Shown here: piece after piece, positions 53,690 through 62,180 of the stretch
Layout: each line of letters begins with the position of its first letter
How positions within the stretch are numbered: the stretch's first letter is position 1
NCBI GenBank assembly: GCA_903917735.1
Contig: CAIXBR010000122.1
Span: 1,608-65,607, forward strand
Direction: 5' to 3'
Source: an uncultured Elusimicrobia bacterium
GTDB lineage: Bacteria; Elusimicrobiota; Elusimicrobia; Elusimicrobiales; UBA9959
DNA length: 64,000 nucleotides
Translations under genes and position numbers: made by a program
The notes under the pieces: generated by a model
Told to the model about the DNA's origin: nothing
What the model saw: only the letters and a program-made list of their open reading frames with translations
Databases searched by the model: none

Positions 53690-54346
53690 ATGAATATAAA
53701 TATTTTCTATCACATAGCCATGGTGGGCAGGTGGAAAGACGTGGTCGAAGAGCAAATTATGCGATTAGCTTCTCGCGGTCCCCGGAACGCACCGATATTC
53801 GCGTATGCGGTTGGGCCGGAATCGCTATTTGAGGAATGTAAACGATTGACTTCAAAAGATCATATTGTCCTAAAGTACGGCGGGCCTTTGGACAATTTTG
53901 AGTTCCCTACTTTACGGGGGCTTCATGATTTTTCTGTTCAACATGGTACCGGTTATCTTTTGTATTTGCATACAAAAGGCGTCTCTAAATTTGCCACCAA
54001 CAATGACGTTCCTTGCACGGACTGGAGACGTTTTATGGAACACAGCGTTATAGACAACCATTTGGAATGCATAAAGCTATTGGCGAAATTTGATGCCTGC
54101 GGAACCAATTTTGTGGCTGATAACTCATGGGGGACGCATTTTTCAGGAAACATGTGGTGGACAAAGGCGGAATACGTAAAGACGCTTTCTGCCCCCGTAT
54201 CTTCGAACAGATTTGATGCCGAGCGTTGGATTTGCAGCAAGAAAGGTAATTTTGTATCGACGGTTGTAAGTGAAGCCGCCGGGTACGATTACCTGCTTCC
54301 AGAATGGAAATATGCGGATGCGCAGCGAAGGCCTTTCAGCCTATAA
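53690..54346 (+). CDS. Hypothetical protein at the head of the glycan cluster
   Basis: Low-G+C ORF. Conserved-looking motifs (YLHTKGVS; DWRRFMEH; HFSGNMWW), but I cannot assign a family. Confidence 0.55.
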   Translation: MNINIFYHIAMVGRWKDVVEEQIMRLASRGPRNAPIFAYAVGPESLFEECKRLTSKDHIVLKYGGPLDNFEFPTLRGLHDFSVQHGTGYLLYLHTKGVSKFATNNDVPCTDWRRFMEHSVIDNHLECIKLLAKFDACGTNFVADNSWGTHFSGNMWWTKAEYVKTLSAPVSSNRFDAERWICSKKGNFVSTVVSEAAGYDYLLPEWKYADAQRRPFSL

Positions 54347-54445
54347 TTCCGGACATTGCGGTTAACCCATTTAGGCCTGCCTGCTGATTTACCGAAGTTC
54401 AACCACGCTTTCAGGCGAAAAAACTGGCGATAAGAGGTTATTGAA

Positions 54446-56149
54446 GTGAGTAAATTGATCAGTGTGATCATCCCGGCTTACAACTGCGGAGCGTTCATAG
54501 AAGAGGCCCTTAACAGTGTTTTCGTTCAAACCTTTACTGACTACGAAGTAATCGTGGTCGATGACGGCTCCACCGATAACACCCGGGGAGTTGTCGGCCG
54601 TTTTCGGGAAAAAGCTCGATATATTTACCAAGAGAACAAAGGTGTTTCAGCTGCTCGCAATACCGGAATAAAAAGCGCGCAGGGACGGTTTATAGCCTTT
54701 TTGGACGCGGACGATGTCTGGCTGCCTAAGAAGCTGGAATTGCAGATAGCGGCTATGTTGGAGAACGATTTGATAGGGGTGGTGGCCTGCGGACTTTTTT
54801 GCGTCAGAGGCGACGGTACTATAGAAAAAGAGGTCATTGCTGGGAACCACCGCGATAAGAATCAACTGATCCGGGAGTTGTGTTGCGACCCCGGCATCTT
54901 TTTTGGCGCGGGTTCATCTGTTCTTGTCCGCAGCGAATGTTTTCAGACTCTGGGTTTATTCGACGAAAGTCTTCATGCGGCTGAAGATTGGGAGATGTGC
55001 CTGAGAATAGCGAAAAGTTATGAGGCGAGGTTCATTCAAGTGCCGTTGCTTGAATACCGGGCAAGAGACGGCAGCGCTGTTTCGGGCCCAAACGCCGAGC
55101 AGTTTTTAACCCAGGAGCTCCGGTTTGTGCGTAAACTCTTCCAGAGCGGCGATCTTAAGTGGCGGTTGATCCTGAAAGCCAAGGCCTGCAGCCATCGTTA
55201 TCTTCGTGCCGCCGGAGCCTGCGAAGCTGCAGGCCGGCGGGCGGGGGTTAGAAAGCACCTGCTCAGGGCTATTCTGTTTTATCCGCCCATACTGTTTACG
55301 CCCGCAGCCCGCGCGCGCCTTTCATACGCAAGGCCGGGCAGGAACCTGTCCCAAAGATTCCGGCACAGATTGCACCTTGTGGCAGTATATTTTAAGTTGA
55401 AAGCGCGCTTTAAAAAGCTGGCTGCCGGTTTCAGGTCTTCAATTGTGCGGCCGCTCCGGGGGCGGCGGCAAGAGCTGATTCTTGTTGTGCCCTACCGCAA
55501 CCGCGAAGAAAACCTTAAAGAGTTTATTCCGCATATCCGGCATTTCCTGAAAGACGTCAGACACCGCATCGTAGTGATAGAGCAGGCAGAGGATGGCTTG
55601 TTCAATAGAGCCAAATTGCTGAATGTCGGCTTTAGTCTGTATCGGGACGCAAACGCCTATTTTTGTTTTCATGATGTCGATATGCTGCCGGAATCCGCAT
55701 CCTGCGGTTACTCTTATCCCGTCATGCCGACACATCTCTCCGCTTACTGTTCACAGTTCGATTATCAGTTCGATCCTGATTACTTCGGGGGCGTTCTTTT
55801 GGTTAACAAAGAAGACTTTCTGAGAGTTAACGGGTTTAGCAATCAATACTGGGGGTGGGGAGCGGAGGACGATGATTTAAGAAAGAGGTTCGACCAGACT
55901 TGGACCATCCCCCGGGCCCGGAGGATGGGAAGGTACAATTCCATTGAGCGCGCAGCTTTTGGTCATCCCCGCGCTCATGAAAATGTTAAGCGCAGCGGAA
56001 ATCCGCAATATCAAAAGAACTGTATGCGCCTCGGAGGGGGGGAACGTCTTCCCTATGATCCGAAAACTGACGGCCTGTCCGATTTGAGGTTTAAGCTTCT
56101 TAAAACGGTCGCCGGGGATGGCTTCGTCAAACACATTGTCCGTCTTTGA
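54446..56149 (+). CDS. Bifunctional glycosyltransferase: N-terminal GT2 domain fused to a C-terminal beta-1,4-galactosyltransferase-like (GT7) domain
   Basis: GTG start. GT2 motifs (VIIPAYNCGAFIEEALNSVFVQTFTDYEVIVVDDGSTDNT; FLDADD). The C-terminal half carries B4GALT-type motifs (LVVPYRNREENL; FNRAKLLNVGF; HDVDMLP; YFGGVLLVNKEDFLRVNGFSNQYWGWGAEDDD). Confidence 0.8.
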   Translation: MSKLISVIIPAYNCGAFIEEALNSVFVQTFTDYEVIVVDDGSTDNTRGVVGRFREKARYIYQENKGVSAARNTGIKSAQGRFIAFLDADDVWLPKKLELQIAAMLENDLIGVVACGLFCVRGDGTIEKEVIAGNHRDKNQLIRELCCDPGIFFGAGSSVLVRSECFQTLGLFDESLHAAEDWEMCLRIAKSYEARFIQVPLLEYRARDGSAVSGPNAEQFLTQELRFVRKLFQSGDLKWRLILKAKACSHRYLRAAGACEAAGRRAGVRKHLLRAILFYPPILFTPAARARLSYARPGRNLSQRFRHRLHLVAVYFKLKARFKKLAAGFRSSIVRPLRGRRQELILVVPYRNREENLKEFIPHIRHFLKDVRHRIVVIEQAEDGLFNRAKLLNVGFSLYRDANAYFCFHDVDMLPESASCGYSYPVMPTHLSAYCSQFDYQFDPDYFGGVLLVNKEDFLRVNGFSNQYWGWGAEDDDLRKRFDQTWTIPRARRMGRYNSIERAAFGHPRAHENVKRSGNPQYQKNCMRLGGGERLPYDPKTDGLSDLRFKLLKTVAGDGFVKHIVRL

Positions 56150-56158
56150 GAGATTAAA

Positions 56159-57352
56159 ATGAATATTTGTTATTTGATCCGTGCCTTTAGCAATCAGGCG
56201 GGCACAGAGAGTTATGTTTATAATATGTCGAGAGCTTTAGCCGGGTTGGGACACCAGGTGCATATTGTCAGTTTAACCGGAAAAGGACGGAGGAATTTTT
56301 GTGGTTATGAGGATAAAATATTTATCCACCGCCTAAATTTTAAAGAAGCGTCTTTTAAGGGATCTTCCCTGTTAGGACAGGTCTTTCCTTTGGACATATG
56401 GCGTTATGGGCGGTTTATTAATAAAATTCTGCCTGGGCTGACAGATAAACATGCTATTGATATAATTGAAGCCACAGACTGGGGGATAGATGCCTGGGCT
56501 TATTGCGCCAGAAGGAAAGTCCCCGTTTGTGTAAGACTTCACGGTTACCCCGGTTTTAAAGGTGAGTTCGACCGTGGGCTCTTAAAAAAATGGCCTAAAA
56601 ACTATTTTCAGTGGTATTTATTCAGGAAGCACCTTTTGGGCGCGGATCTTGTGACCGGGGTGTCGAACGCCTATATTGACTTTGTGCGGCAGGCATGGGA
56701 ACTAAAAGAAAAAGAGATTCAGAATATTCCCATTACCGTCGATTTAGATATTTTTCATCCGGCGGAAGTTCCAAGGGAAGCGCAGACGGTTCTCTTTGCG
56801 GGCAGACTGGAAAAATCTAAAGGCATAGAGGTGCTGGCGCAGGCTATTCCTTTGGTCTTAAAAGAATTGCCGGGCGCCAAATTCTATCTGGCCGGCCAGG
56901 ATCATGGGCGCGGGGATAGCCGGCGGACCTGGTCGCAATATTTAACGGAAAAATATGGCAGGGAAATAATTATTTATCTGGGTTCCTTAACCACGCAGGA
57001 GTTGGTCCGCTATTATCGATCGGCGACCGTCTGTGTAGTGCCCTCGCTGTATGAGCCCGGAGGCACCGCCGTTTTTGAGTCTATGGCTTGCGGCTGTCCG
57101 CTTATTGCCAGCGCGGTAGGCGGCCTTGTGGAGATAGTTGACGACAGGCGAACAGGTTTGCTGATCCGGCCGGCCTCGGCGCGGGCCCTTGCCGACGCGA
57201 TAATAGAATTGCTGCGGAAACCTGAAATGAGGCGCGAGATCTCACAAAACGCGGTTGAAGTTATACGAAAAAACTACGACCTGAACAGCGCCGTCCGGCA
57301 AACGCTGGCCGCTTATACGCGCACGATAAAGTCTTTTAAAGGCCGCAAATGA
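56159..57352 (+). CDS. GT4-family (GT-B, Glycos_transf_1) glycosyltransferase
   Basis: C-terminal EX7E-type block (PSLYEPGGTAVFESMACGCPLIASAVGGLVEIVDDRRTGLL). Confidence 0.8.
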   Translation: MNICYLIRAFSNQAGTESYVYNMSRALAGLGHQVHIVSLTGKGRRNFCGYEDKIFIHRLNFKEASFKGSSLLGQVFPLDIWRYGRFINKILPGLTDKHAIDIIEATDWGIDAWAYCARRKVPVCVRLHGYPGFKGEFDRGLLKKWPKNYFQWYLFRKHLLGADLVTGVSNAYIDFVRQAWELKEKEIQNIPITVDLDIFHPAEVPREAQTVLFAGRLEKSKGIEVLAQAIPLVLKELPGAKFYLAGQDHGRGDSRRTWSQYLTEKYGREIIIYLGSLTTQELVRYYRSATVCVVPSLYEPGGTAVFESMACGCPLIASAVGGLVEIVDDRRTGLLIRPASARALADAIIELLRKPEMRREISQNAVEVIRKNYDLNSAVRQTLAAYTRTIKSFKGRK

Positions 57353-58122
57353 ACAAAGACCAGGTGTTTTTATTCTTAACGCATGTGTATTCGGAAGAAA
57401 TACACGGGGAATTTAAGAAGTTACAGCGTGCCACCCGGACAATGGGGGAGTGCGTCCTGCTGTATCAGCAAAAGTCCGGCAGTTCTGTCGACCGCAGGAT
57501 CTCAGCTATTCCTCACTGCATACATGCCGATCGGGATTTAATAAACTTGTCTGACGCGCCGTATTTCGCCGATTCCCCGGATTGCTTTAAGCCGGACAGG
57601 TCGCTGATAAAGTTTTCCAGAGAGCATAAATTTAAATATTACTGGGTTATCGAATACGATGTCCGTTTCTCCGGCGATTGGGAGCGCTTCTTTAGTTATT
57701 TCTCCGAAGGCAATGAGGATTTCCTGACCTCCCATATACGCAGCTATGCCCAGGAGCCTGGCTGGTTCTTTTGGGGGCTGGAGGGTTTTGATAAAAAAAT
57801 AGAGCCGGCCAAAGCTCTCAGGTCTTTTAATCCTATATTCAGGATCTCCTGCCCGGCCCTGGAATATATGCAACAGATGTATTTAAAAGGCTGGACGGGG
57901 ATCTACGAGGCGCTCATCCCTACCTTGTTGCGTCAGGGGAACTTCACTCTGCGGGATTTCGGGGGCAGTGGTGATTTTGTTCTGCCGCAGGACATTAACC
58001 ATTTTTATCTCGACTCGTCCGGTGCTGAACTTTCAGACGGCACCATGCGCTATCGCCCGCCCCACAACTCTTCAGCCGGCTGGCCTGAAAACAAACTTAT
58101 TCATCCGGTAAAACCGCTATGA
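57349..58122 (+). CDS. Hypothetical protein in the glycan cluster
   Basis: Overlaps neighbouring genes by 4 nt on both sides (operon-like). No family recognised. Confidence 0.55.
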   Translation: MNKDQVFLFLTHVYSEEIHGEFKKLQRATRTMGECVLLYQQKSGSSVDRRISAIPHCIHADRDLINLSDAPYFADSPDCFKPDRSLIKFSREHKFKYYWVIEYDVRFSGDWERFFSYFSEGNEDFLTSHIRSYAQEPGWFFWGLEGFDKKIEPAKALRSFNPIFRISCPALEYMQQMYLKGWTGIYEALIPTLLRQGNFTLRDFGGSGDFVLPQDINHFYLDSSGAELSDGTMRYRPPHNSSAGWPENKLIHPVKPL

Positions 58123-58892
58123 ACAACCGGAACACATTGCGCCACTACGCGGACCTGGTCATCGTCCTGTTCGTAAAGGAGATGCGGGTCCGCTACAAAA
58201 GCACGGCCCTCGGCTACTGGTGGTCTATTCTTCACCCGCTGGCTTTCGTATTAGTGTTTTTCATAGCCTTCCGCGTGGTGATGCGGATACAGATGGAGGC
58301 TTACCCCCTGTTCCTGATCGTCGGCCTTTTTCCCTGGCAGTGGTTCGCCAACTCCGTAGGCGCGTCGCCGCTGATATTCCTGGGCAACGCTTCTGTAATA
58401 AAAAAAGTCAAGTTCCCAAGGAATATCATGCCGCTGGCCGTAGTCCTTCAGGATATGGTGCATTTTCTGCTCTCCCTCCCCGTGATAGCGGGCGTTATGT
58501 TCTGGTACGGAAAATCGCCCTTTCTTTCCTGGCTGTACGGTATCCCCGTACTGCTGGCCGCGCAGTTCTTTATCACCTACGGGATAGCCCTGGTGGTTTC
58601 ATCGCTTAACCTGTTCTTCAGGGACCTGGAGAGGCTGACCACGATAGCGGTTACGCTGCTGTTCTACCTGACCCCGGTAGTTTATTCCGAAGCGATGGTC
58701 CCGGAACAATACCGCAGCCTGATCTACCTGAACCCGCTGGCGCCCCTGATGATAAGCTGGCGGACCCTGCTGCTTAACGGGGTGCTGGACCCGCGGCTGC
58801 TGGCCGCCAGCATGGCCTACAGTCTGCTGTTTTTCGCTTTGGGAACGGCGGTATATGGACGGCTTTCCTGGAAGTTCGGGGAGGTCGTATGA
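58119..58892 (+). CDS. ABC-2-type polysaccharide export permease (Wzm/TagG-like)
   Basis: Six TM helices. N-terminal LVKEMRVRYKSTALGYWWSILHPL motif typical of ABC-2 O-antigen/teichoic-acid exporters. Confidence 0.85.
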   Translation: MNNRNTLRHYADLVIVLFVKEMRVRYKSTALGYWWSILHPLAFVLVFFIAFRVVMRIQMEAYPLFLIVGLFPWQWFANSVGASPLIFLGNASVIKKVKFPRNIMPLAVVLQDMVHFLLSLPVIAGVMFWYGKSPFLSWLYGIPVLLAAQFFITYGIALVVSSLNLFFRDLERLTTIAVTLLFYLTPVVYSEAMVPEQYRSLIYLNPLAPLMISWRTLLLNGVLDPRLLAASMAYSLLFFALGTAVYGRLSWKFGEVV

Positions 58893-59629
58893 AACCGTCC
58901 ATTATAACCTTCAGAAATGTCACCAAAAATTACACGCTTTCCCGCGAGCTCGGCGGCGGGTTAAAGAATTTCCTGTTCCGGCTGCCCAGGTCCGTAAAGG
59001 AGATCAGGGCCAGCGGCTATTGCGCGCTGAAGGACGTCTCGTTCGAAGTGCGCTCCGGGGAGACCCTTGGCATAATAGGCCGCAACGGCGCGGGAAAAAG
59101 CACGCTCCTCGGGCTGGTGGCCGGAGTTTTGCACCCCTCCGCCGGTGAGGTGGAGGTTAACGGAAAAGTCACGCCCCTTCTGGAATTGGGCGGCGGCTTC
59201 CACCCGGACCTGACCGGCATGGACAATATCATGCTTAACGGCGTGCTGCTGGGCCTTAACAGGAAGGATGTAGCCCGGAAGATGGAAGAGATAATAAAGT
59301 TCGCCGGCCTGGGGGATTACATAGGGCAGCCTATCCGGACCTATTCCGGCGGAATGCTCGCCCGGCTCGGCTTTTCGGTGGCGGCGCATCTCGACCCGGA
59401 AATACTCCTGGTGGACGAGGTTCTCGCCGTAGGGGACGCGGACTTCAGGAAAAAATGCCTGGATAAAATAATGGGCTTTAAGCGGGCCGGGGTTACGATA
59501 GTATTCATCTCGCACTCTATGGAGGACGTCATCAGGATCTGCGACCGGGTGATCTGGATAGAGGAGCGCGGAGTAAAGATGGCCGGCGACGCCGCCTCCG
59601 TAACCGGCGCCTACCTGGGCGGCGGCTGA
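58889..59629 (+). CDS. Polysaccharide ABC exporter ATP-binding protein (Wzt/TagH-like, short form)
   Basis: Walker A GRNGAGKST, signature YSGGMLARLGF, Walker B LLVDEVLAVGD. There is no C-terminal carbohydrate-binding extension. Confidence 0.85.
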   Translation: MKPSIITFRNVTKNYTLSRELGGGLKNFLFRLPRSVKEIRASGYCALKDVSFEVRSGETLGIIGRNGAGKSTLLGLVAGVLHPSAGEVEVNGKVTPLLELGGGFHPDLTGMDNIMLNGVLLGLNRKDVARKMEEIIKFAGLGDYIGQPIRTYSGGMLARLGFSVAAHLDPEILLVDEVLAVGDADFRKKCLDKIMGFKRAGVTIVFISHSMEDVIRICDRVIWIEERGVKMAGDAASVTGAYLGGG

Positions 59630-59634
59630 AGCTT

Positions 59635-60762
59635 ATGAAGATAGCCATCAACGCCACGCCGCTGCTTTCCCCGCTTACCGGCGTCGGCAACTACACGCAC
59701 CAGCTGGTCCGGGAGCTGGCGCGGCTTGGCCCGGAGAACGATTACAGCTATTATTACGGCTTTTTCTCAAAGCGCATTTTTACGGTCAAGCCTGAAGGGC
59801 TTCTGGACGGCCTGAAAGAATTCGTGAAGAAGATCCCTGTCGCCGGGCGCGCGGCGCGGCATGTAAAGAACAGCCTGCCGCTCTTGAGCCTAAGGTCGTT
59901 CAAGCTTTATTTCGAGCCGAACTTCATCCCCCTGAAGATCCGGGCCCAACGCCGGGTAGTTACGGTGCATGATTTTTCTTTCAAGCTGCACCCGCAGTGG
60001 CATCCGAAGGACAGAATTGAATATTTCGAGAAGAATTTCTGGAAGAATATAGACAGCGCGGACAGGATAGTGGTGGCCTCCGATTTCATCAAAGATGAGG
60101 CGGTGAACAGGTTCGGCCTGCCGGCGGAGAAGATACGGACCATCCCTAACGGCGTTAACCCGGAATTATTCCGCCCCTGCGCCTACAGCGAGGCCGCCGC
60201 GGTCAGGAAAAAGTATTCATTGCCGGAGAATTTCATCCTTTTCGTGGGCTCCATGGAGCCGCGGAAAAATCTTTTGAACCTGCTGAAGGCTTACGCCAGC
60301 CTGCCGGCGGGGCTGCGCCGGGAATTCAAGTTCGTCCTTGCGGGGTTCAAGGGCTGGGAGAACAGGGAAATAATGGAATTGATCGGCAGGGTGAAGGAAG
60401 ATGTGGTCTACCTGGGCTATATTCCTGAGGCCGAGCTGGGGCCGCTGTATAACCTTGCGGCGTTTTTCGCCTATCCGTCTTATTATGAGGGCTTCGGCTT
60501 CCCGGCGCTGGAGGCCATGGCTTCGGGTTGCCCGGTGGTGGTTTCGCGCGCCGCCAGTCTGCCGGAAGTGTGCGGGGACGCCGCCCTGTACGTGAACCCG
60601 CTGGATATAGAGAGTATAGCGCACGGGCTCCGGACGGCGGCGGAGGGGGAGTCCCTCAGGAAAACCATGAGGGCGGCCGGGCTGGAAAAGGCGGGACAGT
60701 TCAGCTGGGAAAAGTCGGCGCGGGCGCATTTGGAACTCTTCGAGGAAGCCGCAAAACAATGA
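59635..60762 (+). CDS. GT4-family glycosyltransferase (mannosyltransferase-like)
   Basis: GVGNYT N-terminal motif. C-terminal PSYYEGFGFPALEAMASGCPVVVSRAASLPEVCGDAALYVNP. Confidence 0.8.
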   Translation: MKIAINATPLLSPLTGVGNYTHQLVRELARLGPENDYSYYYGFFSKRIFTVKPEGLLDGLKEFVKKIPVAGRAARHVKNSLPLLSLRSFKLYFEPNFIPLKIRAQRRVVTVHDFSFKLHPQWHPKDRIEYFEKNFWKNIDSADRIVVASDFIKDEAVNRFGLPAEKIRTIPNGVNPELFRPCAYSEAAAVRKKYSLPENFILFVGSMEPRKNLLNLLKAYASLPAGLRREFKFVLAGFKGWENREIMELIGRVKEDVVYLGYIPEAELGPLYNLAAFFAYPSYYEGFGFPALEAMASGCPVVVSRAASLPEVCGDAALYVNPLDIESIAHGLRTAAEGESLRKTMRAAGLEKAGQFSWEKSARAHLELFEEAAKQ

Positions 60763-60920
60763 GAACTGCGGTGGTCCATGCCCGGCTTATCAGCCGCGGG
60801 GGGGCCGAGAACGCCCTGACGCAGATACTGCGTCTTTTCCCTGAAGCGGACCTGCGCGGCCTTGCCAGAAGTAAATTATTAAAATGCAGTATAATAATTA
60901 CGGCGGGATACAGATTATGA
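60759..60920 (+). pseudogene. Truncated N-terminal remnant of a GT4 glycosyltransferase
   Basis: The ATG overlaps the upstream stop. MRTAVVHARLISRGGAENALTQILRLFPEADL matches the usual GT4 N-terminus (MKIAxVHDWLxxxGGAExVLxxLxxLFPxADL). The frame then degenerates and stops after 53 codons, at a G+C drop. Confidence 0.6.
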
Positions 60921-60940
60921 GATTTTAGTAAGGATAATGT

Positions 60941-61768
60941 ATGAACTCAATTAAGCCGATTAACAGGAGAATCACCGTTGAAGATCTGCGAATCCCGGAA
61001 TGGAAGAATATCGTCCTGGAAATGCACTCTATGATGCGGGTCCCATCGGAAAACATGCATAAATTCGCCTATTGCACGGATAGGCGGGGGCTTGTCTACC
61101 GTGCTGAGTTTGAATCTTTTAAGCATTGGGAATACCCTTGGCTTATAAAGCACGGGGAATTTAAACCCGGCGCGAAAATACTTGATTGCGGTTGCGGTCG
61201 CGGCATCCTCCAATTCTACCTGGCAAAAAAAGGGTATAGCATCACATCTGTGGATATAAGCACTCTCAAAACCCACCAAGTGCAGGGCTTTTGGGAGATC
61301 GTGAAAAAATTAGGGCTGCCAATTCCGGAGGACAAAGCCTCAGCAATGAAAGCTATTGCCCGCCGTTATGACACTTCTATAGATTTCCGCGTGGCGAATA
61401 TCGCGAAACTCCCGTTTGAGGATGAAACTTTTGACCATGTTTATTCCATTTCCGTACTTGAGCATATGGCAAAAGGCGAAGATGTTATGGCGATAAAGGA
61501 AATGAGCCGGGTACTAAAAAAGGGCGGGACAATGCTCGTTACCGTTGATTTCTCTCCAGTTAAGATGGAAAGAAAAGCTTACACTAAGGAAGAAGTGCTT
61601 GATTTGATATCAGCTTCCGGGTTGTATTTTGATAATGTGTATGATTTTGAAGTCCAGGACTGGCAAAAACATTTATCTGAATTGGATATCGCTTTCAGCA
61701 AAAAGAATAAATGTCAGGTGTCGTCTGCGGCATTTGTATTAAAAAAAGCGGTGATCAAATACTGTTAA
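60941..61768 (+). CDS. Class I SAM-dependent methyltransferase
   Basis: Motif I ILDCGCGRGI, and post-I/II pattern (FDHVYSISVLEHM; LKKGGTMLVTVD). Lower G+C than the upstream GT4. Confidence 0.8.
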   Translation: MNSIKPINRRITVEDLRIPEWKNIVLEMHSMMRVPSENMHKFAYCTDRRGLVYRAEFESFKHWEYPWLIKHGEFKPGAKILDCGCGRGILQFYLAKKGYSITSVDISTLKTHQVQGFWEIVKKLGLPIPEDKASAMKAIARRYDTSIDFRVANIAKLPFEDETFDHVYSISVLEHMAKGEDVMAIKEMSRVLKKGGTMLVTVDFSPVKMERKAYTKEEVLDLISASGLYFDNVYDFEVQDWQKHLSELDIAFSKKNKCQVSSAAFVLKKAVIKYC

Positions 61769-61805
61769 GAATTAACTTTACAGCGTACTAGGCTGCAAGT
61801 GGCGG

Positions 61806-62180
61806 CTAGCCGGGGGCGAAATATTTAGTTACCAGCTTGTTTAACTCCTCAAACTTAAAGGGTTTATTAAGATAGGCGTCCGCGCCGCAGGCAGCTGCTT
61901 TTTCGCTGAGACCGGCGATCCCCGAAGACATTAATATAACCGGGATATGTTTCAGCTTTTCGTCCGCTTTGAATATCCGGGCCGCCTCATCACCGTTTAC
62001 TATGGGAAGCTGGACATCCAATATCATCAGGTCGGGTATAAGCCGGGGCGCCAGATCTAGTGCCTCCCGGCCGTCCCGGCCGCTGAACACCTCGTAGCCT
62101 CTTTTTTTCAAGGCATAAGTTACCATAAACAGCAGGCTCGCCTCATCGTCAACGACTAAGATCCTTTTTGCCATTATCAT
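61806..62180 (-). CDS. Single-domain response regulator
   Basis: Receiver pattern ILVVDDEASLL...LMILDVQLPIVNG...IPVILMSS...K. Overlaps the upstream kinase gene by 4 nt. Confidence 0.85.
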   Translation of the reverse strand: MIMAKRILVVDDEASLLFMVTYALKKRGYEVFSGRDGREALDLAPRLIPDLMILDVQLPIVNGDEAARIFKADEKLKHIPVILMSSGIAGLSEKAAACGADAYLNKPFKFEELNKLVTKYFAPG

